DNA of 64,000 bases from an uncultured Solirubrobacterales bacterium (GCA_963695965.1 CAVOIU010000031.1:41341-105340), one strand, 5' to 3'; positions 42,102 to 51,100 are shown, counted from the stretch's first letter. The notes: generated from the sequence alone by a model not told the origin. Program-made: numbers and translations.

Positions 42102-44258
42102 GTGGTCGACCGCGACCGGGTCGAGGAGGCATTCGTGTACTCGTGCGTGCACCATGCCGACCAGCGCCGCAAGACCGGCGAGGACTTCATCATCCACCCG
42201 GTCGGCGTCGCGAAGATCTGCGCGGGGATGCGACTCGACACCGAGACGCTGTGCGCGGCGCTGCTCCACGACACCGTCGAGGACACCTCCGCATCGCTGG
42301 AGGAGGTCTCCGGAGCGTTCGGCGAGGAGATCGCGAGCCTCGTCGACGGCGTCACCAAGCTCACCGGGCTCACCTTCCAGTCTCGCGACGAGGCGCAGGC
42401 CGAGAACTATCGGAAGATGATGGTCGCGATGGCGACGGACATCCGCGTCATCCTGATCAAGCTCGCCGATCGCCTGCACAACATGCGCACGATCGACGCG
42501 CTGACCAAGCAGAAGCAGATCGACAAGGCGCGCGAGACGCTCGACATCTACGCGCCCATCGCCCACCGCCTCGGTATCCACGCGATCAAATGGGAGCTCG
42601 AGGACCTCTCGTTCCAGTCGCTGCATCCGCGGAAGTACCGGGAGATCAAGGGGCTCGTCGCCCAGCAGCGCGTCGAGCGCGAGCGGTACGTCAACCAGGC
42701 CGGCGACTACGTGGGCAAGGAGCTCGACGAGCTCGGCATCGACGCGGAGATATCGGGCCGCGCCAAGCACTTCTACTCGATCTACTCGAAGATGACCAAG
42801 AAGGGACGGGAGTTCAACGAGATCTACGACCTCACGGCGATGCGCGTGATCGTCGGTTCGGTCAAGGATTGCTACGGCGCCGTCGGAGTGATCCATTCGC
42901 TCTGGAAGCCGCTGCCGGGGCGCTTCAAGGACTTCATCGCGATGCCCAAGGCGAACATGTACCAGTCGTTGCACACGACGGTGATTGGGCCCGAGGGCAG
43001 GCCTCTGGAGATCCAGATCCGCACCCGTGAGATGCACGACCTGGCGGAGTTCGGCATCGCAGCCCACTGGATGTACAAGGAGATCACGGGTCCCGACGGC
43101 GTCGTCCGGCCCGCGCAGGATCCGGAGGGGAAGCTCAAGTGGCTGCGATCGCTGCTGGACTGGCAGCAGGATGAGGCCGACCCCAGAGAATTCATGGAGA
43201 CACTCAGGGTTGACCTGTTCGAGGACGAGGTGTTCGTGTTCACGCCCAAGGGCGAGGTCAAATCCCTCGCGGCGGGCTCCACGCCGCTCGACTTCGCCTA
43301 CGAGATCCACACCGACGTCGGCCACCGATGCGTCGGCGCCAAGGTGAACGGGAAGATCGTCCCGCTGTCCTACCAGCTGCGCTCCGGCGACATCGTCGAG
43401 GTGCTGACATCCAAACGCGAGCGCGGCCCGTCCCGCGACTGGCTGGCGCTCGTCAAGACGACCCGCGCACGGAACAAGATCAAGGCCTGGTTCAAGGCCG
43501 AGTCCCGCCGGGACACCGAGCATGCCGGCCGGGAGCTGCTCCAGGAGCACCTGCGAAAGCAGGGCCTGCCCGCCCAGAAGATCGTCGGCTCCTCGCTGCT
43601 GGCCGACGTGATCCGCGAGGTGGGGTTCCGGAAGGCCGACGACTTCTACATCGCACTCGGGGGCGCCAAGGTCTCGCCGAAGGTCGTCGTCAACAAGGTT
43701 CTGCAGCGCCTCAAGCAGGGAGAGGCGGCGGATTCCGAGCCGACCGCCGCCGACGATCTGCTTCAGACGCGCCGGCGCCGCTCGCGCGCCACCGTCTCCT
43801 CGTCCCGCTACGGCATTGCGGTCCCCGGCGTCGATGATGTGATGCTGCGGCTCGCCAAGTGCTGCCGGCCGGTGCCCGGCGACCCGATCGTCGGCTACAT
43901 CTCCCTGGGGCGGGGGATCACGATCCACCGTGAGGACTGTCCGAACGCGGTGATGCTGAAGAAGGACCCCGACCGCTTCACCCCCGTGTCCTGGGACGGC
44001 GACGCCGAGACCGCCTTCCGCGTGGAGCTCCAGGTCGACGGGTGGGACCGCCACCGGCTGCTCGAGGACATGTCGCGGACGTTCGCGGAGGCCGGCATCA
44101 ACATCCTGGATGCGCGCTGCTTCGTGAATCATCCGATGGTCAAGAACCGGTTCGTCGTCGAGGTCGCCGACACCCGCACGCTCGACCAGACGATCAGCCG
44201 GCTCCGGAACATCGACTCGGTGTTCGACGCCTACCGCGTGACACCGGGCGGCGGCTAG
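42102..44258 (+). CDS. rel: Bifunctional (p)ppGpp synthetase/hydrolase; real start probably further upstream
   Basis: LLHDTVED, KLADRLHNMRT, YQSLHT, EIQIRT, TGS (FTPKG), CCRPVPGD and an ACT domain. Confidence 0.96.
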   Translation: MVDRDRVEEAFVYSCVHHADQRRKTGEDFIIHPVGVAKICAGMRLDTETLCAALLHDTVEDTSASLEEVSGAFGEEIASLVDGVTKLTGLTFQSRDEAQAENYRKMMVAMATDIRVILIKLADRLHNMRTIDALTKQKQIDKARETLDIYAPIAHRLGIHAIKWELEDLSFQSLHPRKYREIKGLVAQQRVERERYVNQAGDYVGKELDELGIDAEISGRAKHFYSIYSKMTKKGREFNEIYDLTAMRVIVGSVKDCYGAVGVIHSLWKPLPGRFKDFIAMPKANMYQSLHTTVIGPEGRPLEIQIRTREMHDLAEFGIAAHWMYKEITGPDGVVRPAQDPEGKLKWLRSLLDWQQDEADPREFMETLRVDLFEDEVFVFTPKGEVKSLAAGSTPLDFAYEIHTDVGHRCVGAKVNGKIVPLSYQLRSGDIVEVLTSKRERGPSRDWLALVKTTRARNKIKAWFKAESRRDTEHAGRELLQEHLRKQGLPAQKIVGSSLLADVIREVGFRKADDFYIALGGAKVSPKVVVNKVLQRLKQGEAADSEPTAADDLLQTRRRRSRATVSSSRYGIAVPGVDDVMLRLAKCCRPVPGDPIVGYISLGRGITIHREDCPNAVMLKKDPDRFTPVSWDGDAETAFRVELQVDGWDRHRLLEDMSRTFAEAGINILDARCFVNHPMVKNRFVVEVADTRTLDQTISRLRNIDSVFDAYRVTPGGG

Positions 44259-45727
44259 CAGCGGCTCAGCGCTCCGGCCCGTCCCGCCTCTGTGGCGGCG
44301 CGGGAGATCGCGCCGGCGCTCCGCGCTCGGGCGGCGCGACCCGCACAGCGCCGGCGCGCCCGCCGCGGAGCTTCGAGATCAACACCGCCTGGCCGGTGCC
44401 GGAGCGTCTTGATCTCGTTCGGATGGATCACGAACTGCTCGACCTGGCGACGGGTGCCGCGAGCGCCGCGGTAGCCGCCGAACAGCGACGCGCCGATCCG
44501 CTCGGTCTCCTCCCAGGTGGTCTCGGTGCCCGCCATCTGCGCCACGGTCTGGGCCGAGGACGGGACGTCCTGGCGATGGGCGAGCTTGAACGCGGTGTTC
44601 CCGAGCACCTGGTCTCGCAGCCCGGGAGCGACCCGGTCGAAGTCGGCCATCTCCTGGGTTGCCGCGAGCGCACCGATCCCGGCCTCACGGCAGCGGGCGA
44701 ACAGCGAGATCAGGTTCTCACCGAGCACCGAGCTCTCGTCGATCGCTACTGTCGCCGGGCTCGGGGCCCCGCCCGCGAGCCCGGCCGAGAGTCGGTGCCC
44801 GGCGGCGCACACTAGATCCTGGACCGCAAGCGTGCCGAGCTGTGCGGCCAGCTTCCCGTAGGTGCTCGAGTTCAGGCTGAACAGGACGACCTCTGGGCCC
44901 GACAGCGCCGAGCGAACGTCGATCTGCTCGCCGTCCGCTCCGGGCTCGAGGTAGGCCCCGGTGTGGGACTCGGTCAGGATCGCCAGCCGCGTCTGGAGGC
45001 CTCTGATGGCGCTCACCTGGTCTGGGGTCAGCCCAGCCAGATAGTCCTGAACGCGTTCGGCGCGGTCGCGCGGGAGCGCTCTCAGTGAACCCGCCAGCCG
45101 GTGCGGGTCCATCAGGCTGACGACCTCGCTCAACGTCGGCGGCCGATCGGGACGGGAGAGCAGGATCACCTGCAGGACGGTCTGCACGTACCGCTCGGCC
45201 GCGCGCTGGTAGTGAGGCTCGGTGAATCGCTCGGTCGCGACGAGCTTGTCCTTGAGCTCGGTCGCGTTACCGTGCCTGAGCGGGTTCCAGTGATTGGGGC
45301 CGTCCGGAGTCCAGATCCGCAGCGGCCGGCCCGCCGATGCCGCGGCGTCGGCGAGCGCCGCCGCGAACGCGGGCGACCCCTTCATGTCGAGAGCCACCAC
45401 CGGGCGCCCGCGCTTGATCTGCTCGCACAGGATTGCCAGCAGCGTGGTCGTCTTACCCGCTCCGCTCGCGCCGAGGATCAGGCCGTGGGAGGCGAGCTCG
45501 TGCTCGCCGATCCACACCCGGCGGCCGCGAGCATCTGTGCCGAGCAGGATCGAGCCCGCGCTGGCGCGGCCCGCGCCGGCGCGGCGGCGCGCGAGCGACC
45601 GCGCGGCCCGATACGCGGTGACTACGACCGCCAGCCCGACGAGCGCCGCCGTTCCCCACCCGGGTGGTGCTACCAAGGCCGCGGCGAGCGCGCCGAGCGT
45701 CCAGTACGACGGCCGGCGCCTGGTCAT
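44255..45727 (-). CDS. TraD/VirD4-like type IV coupling ATPase (probable frameshift near 44400; corrected stop 44266)
   Basis: N-terminal transmembrane segments, HGLILGASGAGKTT Walker A, DMKG, WNPL, IDE Walker B, ATQ and FVIHPNEIKTL. Confidence 0.85.
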   Translation of the reverse strand: MTRRRPSYWTLGALAAALVAPPGWGTAALVGLAVVVTAYRAARSLARRRAGAGRASAGSILLGTDARGRRVWIGEHELASHGLILGASGAGKTTTLLAILCEQIKRGRPVVALDMKGSPAFAAALADAAASAGRPLRIWTPDGPNHWNPLRHGNATELKDKLVATERFTEPHYQRAAERYVQTVLQVILLSRPDRPPTLSEVVSLMDPHRLAGSLRALPRDRAERVQDYLAGLTPDQVSAIRGLQTRLAILTESHTGAYLEPGADGEQIDVRSALSGPEVVLFSLNSSTYGKLAAQLGTLAVQDLVCAAGHRLSAGLAGGAPSPATVAIDESSVLGENLISLFARCREAGIGALAATQEMADFDRVAPGLRDQVLGNTAFKLAHRQDVPSSAQTVAQMAGTETTWEETERIGASLFGGYRGARGTRRQVEQFVIHPNEIKTLRHRPGGVDLEAPRRARRRCAGRAARARSAGAISRAATEAGRAGALSRC

Positions 45728-46521
45728 CGCTCCGCTTGGACTTGGGGATCCCGCTCGCGGCGTCCGATCCGAGTGGCCGCGCGGGCCGAGCCGGCGCCTG
45801 CGGTCGCGTTGCGCAAGCTCACCTGCTGCACGTGGACGAGCGCGCCGACCCCGAGCTTGCGCGCGGACTGCTGGATCGAGCGGCCGATCCTCCGGTCTCC
45901 GACGAGGTAAAGCACGGCGTCGATTCGCGCGTCGGCTGCGTACCCCGCGAGAATCTTCTCGCGCCGCACCCGGCCCTTGGAGGACAGCTCGAGCTCGAGC
46001 CCGATCCGCCGCCCCTCCGGGGTGACGAGCAGCAGATCCGGGTAATGGATCCGCTCCCGCCCGTGCGCGCCGAGGCCGCCGAGCCGGACCCCATACGGTG
46101 GTCCGGAGCGGTCGGGGGTCGCGTCTAGCGAGCGAAGCCGGCGCTCGCCCAGGACGTCGCGGATGGGGCCGAAAGTGCCCTGGCGCGCGGCGATCCACAG
46201 CCATGCGGCCCCGACGTCGTGCGTGTAGCAGCGCAGGTCGATCCGTGGAACGGATCGCTCGCTGGCGATCGCCGCCAGGCCCCGAGGACGAATCAGGTAG
46301 CACGGCGGCTGGCCGTGAAACGGCCGCTGGCTCGTGACGAAGCCGGCGCGCGCGAGCGCTCGGAGCCGGGTGGCCGACGCGGCGGCCGAGATGCCGAGGA
46401 GGGCCTGCACATGGGAGCCGAGGACGAGCCTGTGCTCGGCGACGAGCTCCAGCAGCTCGCGGTCGCGGTCGGTCAGGCGAGTGCCACGGGTACCGCGACG
46501 CCCGGTGTCTGAAGACTCCAC
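45724..46521 (-). CDS. Replication-relaxation family protein (wHTH + PD-(D/E)xK nuclease)
   Basis: RLTDRDRELL...RLRAL..GFV wHTH, a HD motif, HYPDLLL...LELELSSK and VLYLV. Overlaps the ATPase by ATGA. Confidence 0.8.
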   Translation of the reverse strand: MESSDTGRRGTRGTRLTDRDRELLELVAEHRLVLGSHVQALLGISAAASATRLRALARAGFVTSQRPFHGQPPCYLIRPRGLAAIASERSVPRIDLRCYTHDVGAAWLWIAARQGTFGPIRDVLGERRLRSLDATPDRSGPPYGVRLGGLGAHGRERIHYPDLLLVTPEGRRIGLELELSSKGRVRREKILAGYAADARIDAVLYLVGDRRIGRSIQQSARKLGVGALVHVQQVSLRNATAGAGSARAATRIGRRERDPQVQAER

Positions 46522-46588
46522 GCCCCTAAGAGCCCGCAGGAGCGAAGATTCGCCCCCTGGTCCGGCGGAGCGTCTGATGAAGTGGCGT

Positions 46589-47518
46589 CTAGGACCCTGG
46601 GTGGGGGAGCGAGCTCGTGTCGACGACCTCGAAGTCGCGCCCGCTCAGCCGATCGAGCTGATGGAGCGCATCGTCGCTCCACTTCGGATTGGGGGCGCCC
46701 GAGACATACCACGGCGAGCCGTTGTCGGCCAGGATCATCCCGTAGGTCTTGAGCGCCTGGGCGACCACCCGCGCCTGGTAGGGGAGCCTCGAGATGCTGA
46801 CGCTCGCCTTCAGCCGCACTCGCAGGCCCATCGGCGGTTGGAAGCCGCTGCACGTCGACGCCTCGTGCCGAGCGGGGTACACGTAGCGCGGGGCCGTGCA
46901 GGGCGCGGTGAAGCGAAGCGCGTGGTCGATCACGCCCCGCGCCACCTCGTCGTAGCGGGCGAGCCCGGGGAAGATCGGAAGGCCGGCGGCGTCGGCCGAG
47001 GTCCAACCCGCGGGTCGGAGATGGTTCGAGCGCAGGTTGAAGATCGCGCCCGACCCGGCCGACCAGGAGCGCCCGTGGTTGTGCGGGTAGGCGGCGTACA
47101 GCTCGTAGTCGGTGCAGTTGCTGCGATCGATCAGGATCACATGGCGGTCGCCAGTAGAGCCGGCTCCGCCCTCGATCGGGGCGTTCGGCGGGATCGGATA
47201 GGGCCCGCGGTCTGACTCGTCGGCGTACTGAAAACGCACCGGAACTCGGCGGGTTCGGTTGGAGACCACCGTGAACGGGATGCCGTTGGGGGCGCCGTTG
47301 TAGACCGTCCCGAAGTCCGGGTGGACAGGGTCCGAGAGGCCGATGCTGGCGATTAGCCGGGCGGAGCTCTGCGCCACCGGGAGGCGGTCGACCCGCTGAT
47401 TCCACGGGTTGTTTGGCGGGAAGATCTCGCAGCTGACCCCCGGCGGCGGGTGAGCGGATACGAGCGCGGGGATTCCGGCGAGGCCACAGCAGGCGACGAC
47501 GAGCGAGAGACGGCGCAT
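46589..47518 (-). CDS. Secreted hypothetical protein
   Basis: Signal peptide, then FPPNNPWNQRV, GDRHV, WTSADAAGLPI and YGMILADNGS. Confidence 0.78.
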   Translation of the reverse strand: MRRLSLVVACCGLAGIPALVSAHPPPGVSCEIFPPNNPWNQRVDRLPVAQSSARLIASIGLSDPVHPDFGTVYNGAPNGIPFTVVSNRTRRVPVRFQYADESDRGPYPIPPNAPIEGGAGSTGDRHVILIDRSNCTDYELYAAYPHNHGRSWSAGSGAIFNLRSNHLRPAGWTSADAAGLPIFPGLARYDEVARGVIDHALRFTAPCTAPRYVYPARHEASTCSGFQPPMGLRVRLKASVSISRLPYQARVVAQALKTYGMILADNGSPWYVSGAPNPKWSDDALHQLDRLSGRDFEVVDTSSLPHPGS

Positions 47519-47602
47519 CTGGGCCGGACTATAGGCCCGGCTACAGCCAGTCGGCGTCACCCGCGCCGAGGGGGCTGCCCGGGCAACGCGGGTCCGCCGC
47601 TG

Positions 47603-48589
47603 CTACGCCACGACGAGCAGGCCACCCGGCGTCACGCCGAACTCGGCGCGGTCGACCTCGCCGATGTAGTCGCCGTCTACCTGGAGCGGCAGCAGGCGCT
47701 CGTCGAGTGAACGGACCTCCAGGCGGTCGAGCCCGGAGAACACCCGGACCTGGCGGTGGCGCCCAAACCGGGCGCGCTTCGAGAGACCCCGCCAGATGAG
47801 CGTCGGGACGTCGATCGGCCTCGCGCGCTTGAGCACCACTCCCGAGAGGGTGCCGCTGTCGAGCGTGGCCCCCTCGCCGAGGTGCACGGGGCGGTTGCCG
47901 AAGAACGTATAGGGCGCTCCGTTCTGGACGACCGCGGTGACGCCGGGGACGCGCTCCTCGCCGACGGAAGCCTCGAGCCGGGGCGGGTTGAACAGGTACC
48001 GCCGGTTGAACGCACGCAGCGCGGTCGCCGTGTAGTACCACTCGCCGGCCCGGGCCTTCAGGCGGGGGTGCGCATCGACCCGCTCGACGACGCTCGCGTC
48101 GAGGCCCACGCCGGCGGAGAACAGGAACGCGCGGGCGTTCGCATGGCCGACGTCGACGCGCCGGGGGCGCCAGTCGTCGGTGAGCCGCAGCAGGTGCTCG
48201 GTGGCGTCGACGACGTCGATCGGGATCCCGAGCATCCGGCAGTAGACGTTGGCGCGTCCGCCGGGCAGGCAGCTCAGCGGCGTGTCCGAGCCGACCAGGC
48301 CGTTGGCGGCCTCGTTGACCGTGCCGTCCCCGCCGAACGCGACCACGACGTCGTAACGATCACGTGCCGCTTCGCGGCACAATTGGGTGGCGTGGTCACG
48401 GGACTCCGTCTCAACCGCCTCCACCTGAAAGCGCCCCCGGAGCGCATAGACGACCAGGTTCTTCAGCCGGTCAGAGACGGTGGTCGCGTACGGGTTGACG
48501 ATGACCAGCATGCGCTTGCGCGGCGCGTTCGCGTCGGCGCGAAGCGCCTCCTCCAGGCGCGTCAGGGGATCGGTTGTCACGGCGGCCAT
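47603..48589 (-). CDS. Diacylglycerol kinase family lipid kinase
   Basis: IVNP, GGDGTVNE, LPGGRAN and QVDGD. Confidence 0.9.
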   Translation of the reverse strand: MAAVTTDPLTRLEEALRADANAPRKRMLVIVNPYATTVSDRLKNLVVYALRGRFQVEAVETESRDHATQLCREAARDRYDVVVAFGGDGTVNEAANGLVGSDTPLSCLPGGRANVYCRMLGIPIDVVDATEHLLRLTDDWRPRRVDVGHANARAFLFSAGVGLDASVVERVDAHPRLKARAGEWYYTATALRAFNRRYLFNPPRLEASVGEERVPGVTAVVQNGAPYTFFGNRPVHLGEGATLDSGTLSGVVLKRARPIDVPTLIWRGLSKRARFGRHRQVRVFSGLDRLEVRSLDERLLPLQVDGDYIGEVDRAEFGVTPGGLLVVA

Positions 48590-48657
48590 GCCACGCTCCT
48601 CAACACCGGCGCCTCGTTGTCGTTACGCGCTGTATACTGCCGTCCCACATAGCTGTA

Positions 48658-48762
48658 CGCATCAAGAGGGGTGGAGGGACTGGCCCTATGAAACCCCGGC
48701 AACCTCCCGCAAGGGAAAGGTGCCAATTCCATCAGGCTCCAACTACAGGCCTGGGAGATGTG
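48658..48762 (+). ncRNA. SAM-I (S-box) riboswitch
   Basis: ATCAAGAG...GAGGGACTGGCCCTATGAAACC..GCAACC...GGTGCCAATTCC...GAGATG reproduces the S-box consensus. TATACT lies at 48633. Confidence 0.93.
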
Positions 48763-48780
48763 GATAGGCGGTTTCAAGGA

Positions 48781-48812
48781 CCTCCGACCACAGACCCCGG
48801 CGGAGGTTTTTT
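48781..48812 (+). terminator. Riboswitch expression-platform hairpin (terminator-like; also sequesters GGAGG)
   Basis: CCTCCG...CGGAGG stem followed by TTTTTT, ending 5 nt before the ATG. Confidence 0.75.
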
Positions 48813-48817
48813 CACAT

Positions 48818-50053
48818 ATGCCGCCAGAGTCTCTTCGTTGCAAGGAATGCAGAACTAACTACCCGCTCGAGGCGCGCTACGTCTGCGAGCGCTGCTTCGG
48901 CCCGCTGGAGGTCGCCTACGCCTCCCGTGCCGAAGCGGATCCGGCCGCGCTGAGGCGACGGATCCAGGCCGGCCCACACTCGCTGTGGCGTTACAGCGAC
49001 TTCCTGCCGGTGAGTGCCCCACCGAAGGGGACGCTTCCCGCCGGGTGGACCCCGCTGCTGCGCGTCGACCGGCTCGCCGAGGCCCTGGGGCTCGACGAGG
49101 TCTGGATCAAGAACGACGCCGCCAACCCGACCCACTCGTTCAAGGACCGTGTCGTGTCGGTGGCGCTCGCGCGCGCCAGGGAGCTCGGGTACCAGACGGT
49201 CGCGTGCGCGTCGACCGGGAACCTCGCCAACGCGGTGGCGGCGCACGCTGCCGCCGCGGGTCTCGAGTCGTTCGTGTTCGTCCCCGCCGATCTCGAGGAG
49301 CAGAAGCTCCTGGCAACGGGCGTGTACGGGACGAACCTGGTGGCCGTGAGCGGCACCTACGACGAGGTCAACCGGCTCTGCACCGAGCTGTCCGCCGAGC
49401 ACGAGTGGGCGTTCGTCAACATCAACCTGAGGCCGTACTACTCCCAGGGCTCGAAGACGCTCGCATTCGAGACGGCCGAGCAGCTCGGCTTCGAGCTGCC
49501 CGACCGGGTGGTGTGCCCGATCGCCTCGGGCTCGTTGTTCACCAAGATCGCGCAGGGCTTCGAGGAGTGGATCGATGTCGGATTGCTGAGCGGCGAGCTG
49601 CCGGCGTTCAACGGGGCGCAGGCGGCCGGATGCTCGCCGGTCGCGGGTGCGTTCGAGGCGAACCTCGACGTCTGCCGCCCGGTGAAGCCGGAGACGATCG
49701 CCAAGTCGCTCGCGATCGGCGATCCGGCTGACGGTCCGTACGCGCTCGAGCTCGCGCGGCGGACGGGCGGGTCGGTCGACTCGGTCACCGACGAGGAGAT
49801 CCGCGAGGGCATCAGGCTGCTCGCCCAGACCACGGGGATCTTCACCGAGGCCGCCGGCGGGGTGACGATCGCGGTGCTGGCGAAGCTCGCCCAGCGGGGC
49901 GACATCGATCGCTCCGAGCGCGTTGTCGCGTACATCACGGGCGAGGGCCTGAAGACGCTCGACTGCGCGCGCGGAACGTTCGAGGCGTGGCAGATCGAGC
50001 CCACGCTCGCATCGTTCGAGGACGCCAGAGAGCGCGTCCAAGCCGTCGCGTAG
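48818..50053 (+). CDS. Threonine synthase-like PLP enzyme (fold type II)
   Basis: N-terminal CxxC/CxxC, NPTHSFKDR, CASTGN and TIAKSLAIGDP. The symbol is withheld because the context suggests a sulfhydrylase. Confidence 0.88.
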   Translation: MPPESLRCKECRTNYPLEARYVCERCFGPLEVAYASRAEADPAALRRRIQAGPHSLWRYSDFLPVSAPPKGTLPAGWTPLLRVDRLAEALGLDEVWIKNDAANPTHSFKDRVVSVALARARELGYQTVACASTGNLANAVAAHAAAAGLESFVFVPADLEEQKLLATGVYGTNLVAVSGTYDEVNRLCTELSAEHEWAFVNINLRPYYSQGSKTLAFETAEQLGFELPDRVVCPIASGSLFTKIAQGFEEWIDVGLLSGELPAFNGAQAAGCSPVAGAFEANLDVCRPVKPETIAKSLAIGDPADGPYALELARRTGGSVDSVTDEEIREGIRLLAQTTGIFTEAAGGVTIAVLAKLAQRGDIDRSERVVAYITGEGLKTLDCARGTFEAWQIEPTLASFEDARERVQAVA

Positions 50054-50084
50054 CGCTCCGGGACGACCATTACACTGCGCGCGG

Positions 50085-50357
50085 ATGAGGGTGACGGTCA
50101 AGATCCCCACGCAGCTGCGGGCTGCCACAGACGGCGAGGCGACCGCCGACGTCGACGGCTCGACGGTGGGCGAGGTACTCGACGCGCTGTACGACCGCTA
50201 TGACGAGCTTCGCTCGCGGATCGCCGAGGACGGAGGGCTCAGGCGGTTCGTCAACGTGTACGTCGGCGGTGAGGACATCCGCTTCCTCGACGGGCTCGAG
50301 ACGCCCGTCTCCGACGGGGACGAGGTCACCATCCTCCCGGCCGTCGCCGGAGGTTGA
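50085..50357 (+). CDS. MoaD/ThiS-family ubiquitin-like sulfur carrier
   Basis: RRFVNVYV..EDIRFL and a C-terminal ILPAVAGG*. Confidence 0.93.
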   Translation: MRVTVKIPTQLRAATDGEATADVDGSTVGEVLDALYDRYDELRSRIAEDGGLRRFVNVYVGGEDIRFLDGLETPVSDGDEVTILPAVAGG

Positions 50358-50408
50358 GCGGAGAAGTCGGGGGCGGCCCGAGCACGTTCCCTCACCGGAG
50401 CGACCCAC

Positions 50409-51084
50409 GTGAATTACGCTGCTCGCGCTGACCACGATGCGCGAGCGCCTCACCCCATCCGGATCCGGAGCTTCCTCCGCTGGCTGCCGGTGCGCCTGGG
50501 CTACCGGATTGGACCACGGATCATGTCCAGGATCAGACAGCAATGGGTGATCCTGCGACACCCGCAGGCGACCATCAGCTTCGGCCGGCAGGTGTATCTC
50601 GGTCCCCGCTTCAGCCTGTTCATCCCGGAGGAAGGCAGCTTCATCGTCGGCGATGGGGTGGAGTTCAGGCGCGACTTCCGCGCGGAGGTGTCCGGACGCG
50701 GACGCGTGACCATCGGGTCCGGAAGCGTCTTCACCTATTCGGTGCTGATCCGGTGCTCACCGCGATCGAGATCGGCGAGCGCTGCATGTTCGGCCAGACG
50801 ACGATCTGCTCGATGGCCAGCACCGGTTCCGTGATCTGGACAAGCCGATGCTCGAGCAGGGCTATGACTTCAATCCACTCCGGATCGAGGACGACGCGGT
50901 GATCACGACGAAGTGCACGATCATGGCCAACGTCGGCAAGCGCGCATTCATCGGGGCCAACGCGGTCGTGACCAAACCGGTTCCTCCCTACACGGTCGCG
51001 GTCGGTGCGCCGGCCCGCCCGATCGACTACTTCGGCCCGCCGGGCGAGGAGCCGGAGGAGCTGCGCGCGCGGTCCCTCCCCTGA
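50409..51084 (+). CDS. Hexapeptide-repeat acyltransferase (frameshifted)
   Basis: VGDGV, VTIGSG, IEIGERC and [23 protein letters not shown] across frames. Confidence 0.8.
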
Positions 51085-51100
51085 GGCGGGCGCTGTCGCT

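Noticed and set aside
41658-44132. 824-aa antisense ORF over rel, and similar long shadow ORFs over dnaG, secDF and the ThrC-like gene
   Set aside because: These are typical stop-poor antisense frames of high-GC genes, with no recognisable motifs.
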